From contig OZ250156.1 in NCBI GenBank assembly GCA_965237745.1, positions 3,553,426 to 3,617,425 of the forward strand: a stretch of 64,000 bases of DNA. The letters are read 5' to 3'. Every line of letters begins with the position of its first letter. Position 1 is the stretch's first letter. Shown in pieces: positions 61,440 to 64,000 of this stretch. The notes below the pieces were generated by a model. It ran no database searches. It was not told where the DNA came from and worked only from the letters and a program-made list of their open reading frames with translations. Source of the DNA: Dehalococcoidia bacterium. GTDB lineage: Bacteria > Chloroflexota > Dehalococcoidia > Lucifugimonadales > UBA3495. The position numbers and the translations under genes are program-made.

Positions 61440-63415
61440 GTGCAGGACGCCCAGCTAACCACAATCTCCAACTTCATCTGGAACACCGCTGACGCCGTAC
61501 TCAGGGACCTGTACCTCCGCGGCAAGTACCGGGATGTCATCCTGCCCATGACCGTAATCCGCCGACTGGACGCGGTGCTGGAGCCTACGAAACAACAGGT
61601 CATCGACCTGAAAGAGAGTCTCGACAAAGCCGACATCGCTGATCAGACCGGGCCGCTACAGCAAGCCACCGGTCAGCAGTTCTACAACGCATCGCCGTTC
61701 ACGCTCCGGGACCTGCGAAACGCCACCTCGCAACAACAGCTCCGCGACAATTTCAACGCCTACCTCGAAGGGTTCTCGCCCAACGTCCAGGATATCCTCG
61801 AGAAGTTCGAGTTCAGGAACCAAACCGCCCGGCTCTCCAGCGGCGGCGTGCTCGAAGCACTCATTGAGCGGTTCCTGACCCCCACCGTGAACCTCAGTCC
61901 CAAGCCTATTCTGAACGAGGACGAAACGGTCAGAATCCCAGGGCTCGACAACCACGCCATGGGAACCATATTCGAGGACCTGATCCGCAGGTTCAACGAG
62001 GAGAACAACGAGGAGGCCGGCGAACACTGGACTCCTCGCGACGCCGTGGAGCTCATGGCAAAGCTGGTGTTTCTCCCCATCGAGGATGAGATTCGGTCCA
62101 ACACCTACGTCCTCTACGACGGAGCGGTCGGGACCGGAGGGATGCTCACTGTCGCAGAGCAGACCCTGAGTGACATCGCAGACGCCAGGCAACTGGAAGT
62201 CTCCACCCACCTGTACGGTCAGGAGATCAACTCGGAGACCTACGCCATCTGCAAGGCCGACCTGCTCTTGAAAGGCGAGCAAGGAGCCGACGACAACATA
62301 GTAGGCGGTCCGGAGCACTCCACGCTGTCCAACGACGCCTTCAGAGGCCGGACCTTCGACTTCATGCTCAGCAACCCCCCTACGGGAAGAGCTGGAAGAC
62401 CGACCAGGACAGGATGGGAGGCAGAAGCGGGATGACCGACCCCAGATTCGTCATCCAGCACGCCGGAAACCCGGAATACTCGCTGGTGACGCGGAGCAGC
62501 GACGGGCGGCTGCTCTTCCTGGCCAATATGCTAAGCAAGATGAAGGAAGACACCCCGCTGGGAAGCCGTTTGGCTGAGGTCCACGACGGAAGCTCCCTGT
62601 TCACCGGGGACGCCGGCCAGGGAGAGAGCAACATCCGCCGGTGGATTATCGAGAACGACTGGCTGGAGGCCATCGTCGCCCTGCCCCTCAACATGTTCTA
62701 CAACACAGGCATCGCCACCTATGTCTGGGTCCTGACCAACCGGAAGCCCGACCACCGGAAGGGACACGTCCAGCTCATCGACGCGACCTCGTGGTACACG
62801 CCCCTCCGGCGAAACCTGGGCCAGAAGAACTGCGAGCTATCCCCTGAGAACATCCAGCAGATATGCGACGCCTTCCTGGACTTTCAAGCGACGGAGCAGT
62901 CGAAGATATTCCCAAACGAGGCGTTCGGGTACTGGAAGGTCACTGTGGAGCGGCCGCTCCGGATTGAGGGCATCGACCCAGAGAAAGCCCACACTGCCAA
63001 AGAAATAAGAGAACTACGCACGAACGGAACGCGCTCGGAGTCAGCACCTGCAGTCATCAAGAAGATCCACGGGCGGGACGCCGTGACCAACCCCCTGAAC
63101 GGGTTGGTGGAGACGACCATCAAGGGTCGGCCGGCCGTGGTCGAGTACGAGCCGGACCCGGAACTGCGGGACACCGAGCAGATCCCCCTGCTACATGAAG
63201 GCGGGATAGACGCGTTCCTAGAAAAGGAGGTACTGCCCTACGCCCCCGATGCCTGGTACCCGCTAGGGCGGGTGAAGGTGGGATACGAGATCAGTTTCAC
63301 CCGCCACTTCTACAAACCGAAGCCCATGAGGCCACTGCACGAGATCCGCGCCGAAATGCTAACGCTGGAGCGAGAGTCCCAGGGACTGTTCAAAGAGATA
63401 ATTGCCGCAGCATAA
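61440..63415 (+). CDS. hsdM: Type I restriction-modification methyltransferase subunit with a frameshift inside the NPPY motif
   Basis: HsdM_N pattern (ISNFIWNTADAVLRDLY.GKYRDVILPMTVIRRLD) and FDFMLSNPP. The C6 run at 62375-62380 is one C short of AAC CCC CCC TAC. The sequence continues as YGKSWKTDQ... in the next frame (track ORF 62414-63415). Confidence 0.9.
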
Positions 63416-63435
63416 CCGCACAGTAGGAGCAAGAA

Positions 63436-64000
63436 GTGAGGTTCCAAGAATACAACATAGGCCACTGCCAACGCGGCGATGTTGTTGAAGTAACGCTTTC
63501 AGGGAATGCAGCCAACGTCCGCTTGCTCAGCCCGAGCGAATTAGCCAACTACCGAGCTGGGCGTAAGCATCGGTATTATGGTGGATTGATCAAGACATCA
63601 CCTGCTCGCTTAGCCATCCCCCATTCGGGAAGTTGGTACGTTACAGTTGACCTTCAAGGACTCCGTGGACAAGTTCGCTCGTCCGTTCGCGTAATCCCAC
63701 AAGCGGCGTTAACTCCGCTCCCAGACTTTTCACCACCAACGATCTCTAACCTAGTGCGCCCTGTAAGAAACGATGACACAGAACGTCTGGAAAGAGACGG
63801 CGAGACACAAAGGCTGGAAACTGGCGACACCCCTCCGCCAGACTACTACGACGTTTTTATATCTCATGCTACTGAGGACAAAGGCGCTGTTGCTCGGCCG
63901 CTGGCGACTAGCTTGGTATCACACGGACTAAAGGTATGGTTTGACGAATTTGAACTGCGAATAGGAGACAGTCTGAGAAGAAAAATAGATACTGGGTTGG
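63436..64000 (+). CDS. DUF1883-TIR domain protein (3' end outside window)
   Basis: GTG at 63436 after AGGAG. The N-terminal region matches my recollection of DUF1883 (GDVVEVTLSGNAANVRLL...GRKHRYYGG...IPHSGSWYVTVDLQGLRGQVRSSVRV). TIR start YYDVFISHATEDKGAVARPLATSLVSHGLKVWFDEFELRIGDSL. The frame is open to the window edge and the ORF is not in the supplied track. Confidence 0.8.
   Translation, partial: MRFQEYNIGHCQRGDVVEVTLSGNAANVRLLSPSELANYRAGRKHRYYGGLIKTSPARLAIPHSGSWYVTVDLQGLRGQVRSSVRVIPQAALTPLPDFSPPTISNLVRPVRNDDTERLERDGETQRLETGDTPPPDYYDVFISHATEDKGAVARPLATSLVSHGLKVWFDEFELRIGDSLRRKIDTGL

Overview
High-GC bacterial chromosomal window. All calls come from reading the translated ORFs and the DNA by eye, with no searches run. 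I found no rRNA, no intact tRNA and no CRISPR array. The backbone is ordinary metabolism: hydantoinase/oxoprolinase subunits hyuB and hyuA (unusually 8.5 kb apart), a TPP enzyme, an epoxide-hydrolase-like alpha/beta hydrolase, DinB/MDMPI, ThuA, a minus-strand pentose-phosphate operon tkt-pgi-gnd-zwf, HtrA protease, LLM/F420-type oxidoreductase, a SelA-family PLP enzyme, a maleate-isomerase-type racemase, nitroreductase, HpaB-like monooxygenase, MetE-like protein, M19 dipeptidase, a four-gene ABC-2 transporter, an aldo/keto reductase, a YbaK deacylase and a TPR protein. Accessory or mobile content sits in four places. (1) At 0-5.3 kb there is the 3' part of an NPPW DNA methyltransferase and an AT-richer two-gene island (ABC-type ATPase plus PIN-like protein) that looks like a defence module. 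(2) At 34.3-38.2 kb there is a graveyard of mobile-element remnants: two tRNA 3' fragments, a replication-relaxation pseudogene, an IstB pseudogene and a transposase stub. (3) At 50.6-59 kb there is an IS630 copy with TA duplications, a truncated second copy, an ISAs1 pseudogene, a resolvase stub, a PD-(D/E)xK-like gene pair and an HNH protein. (4) At 60-64 kb there is a secreted DUF1524-Excalibur nuclease, type I hsdM, and a DUF1883-TIR gene running off the window. The most interesting signals are listed here. A BCP-type peroxiredoxin has an in-frame UGA exactly at the peroxidatic Cys position plus a SECIS-like hairpin, so it is a candidate selenoprotein. Two 147-bp units are bounded by the same 13-nt inverted core. 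The ATPase+PIN island and the TIR gene beside hsdM are candidate defence genes. There is also an unusual load of in-frame stops and homopolymer frameshifts, affecting even gnd, which could be real decay, hypermutation or assembly error.
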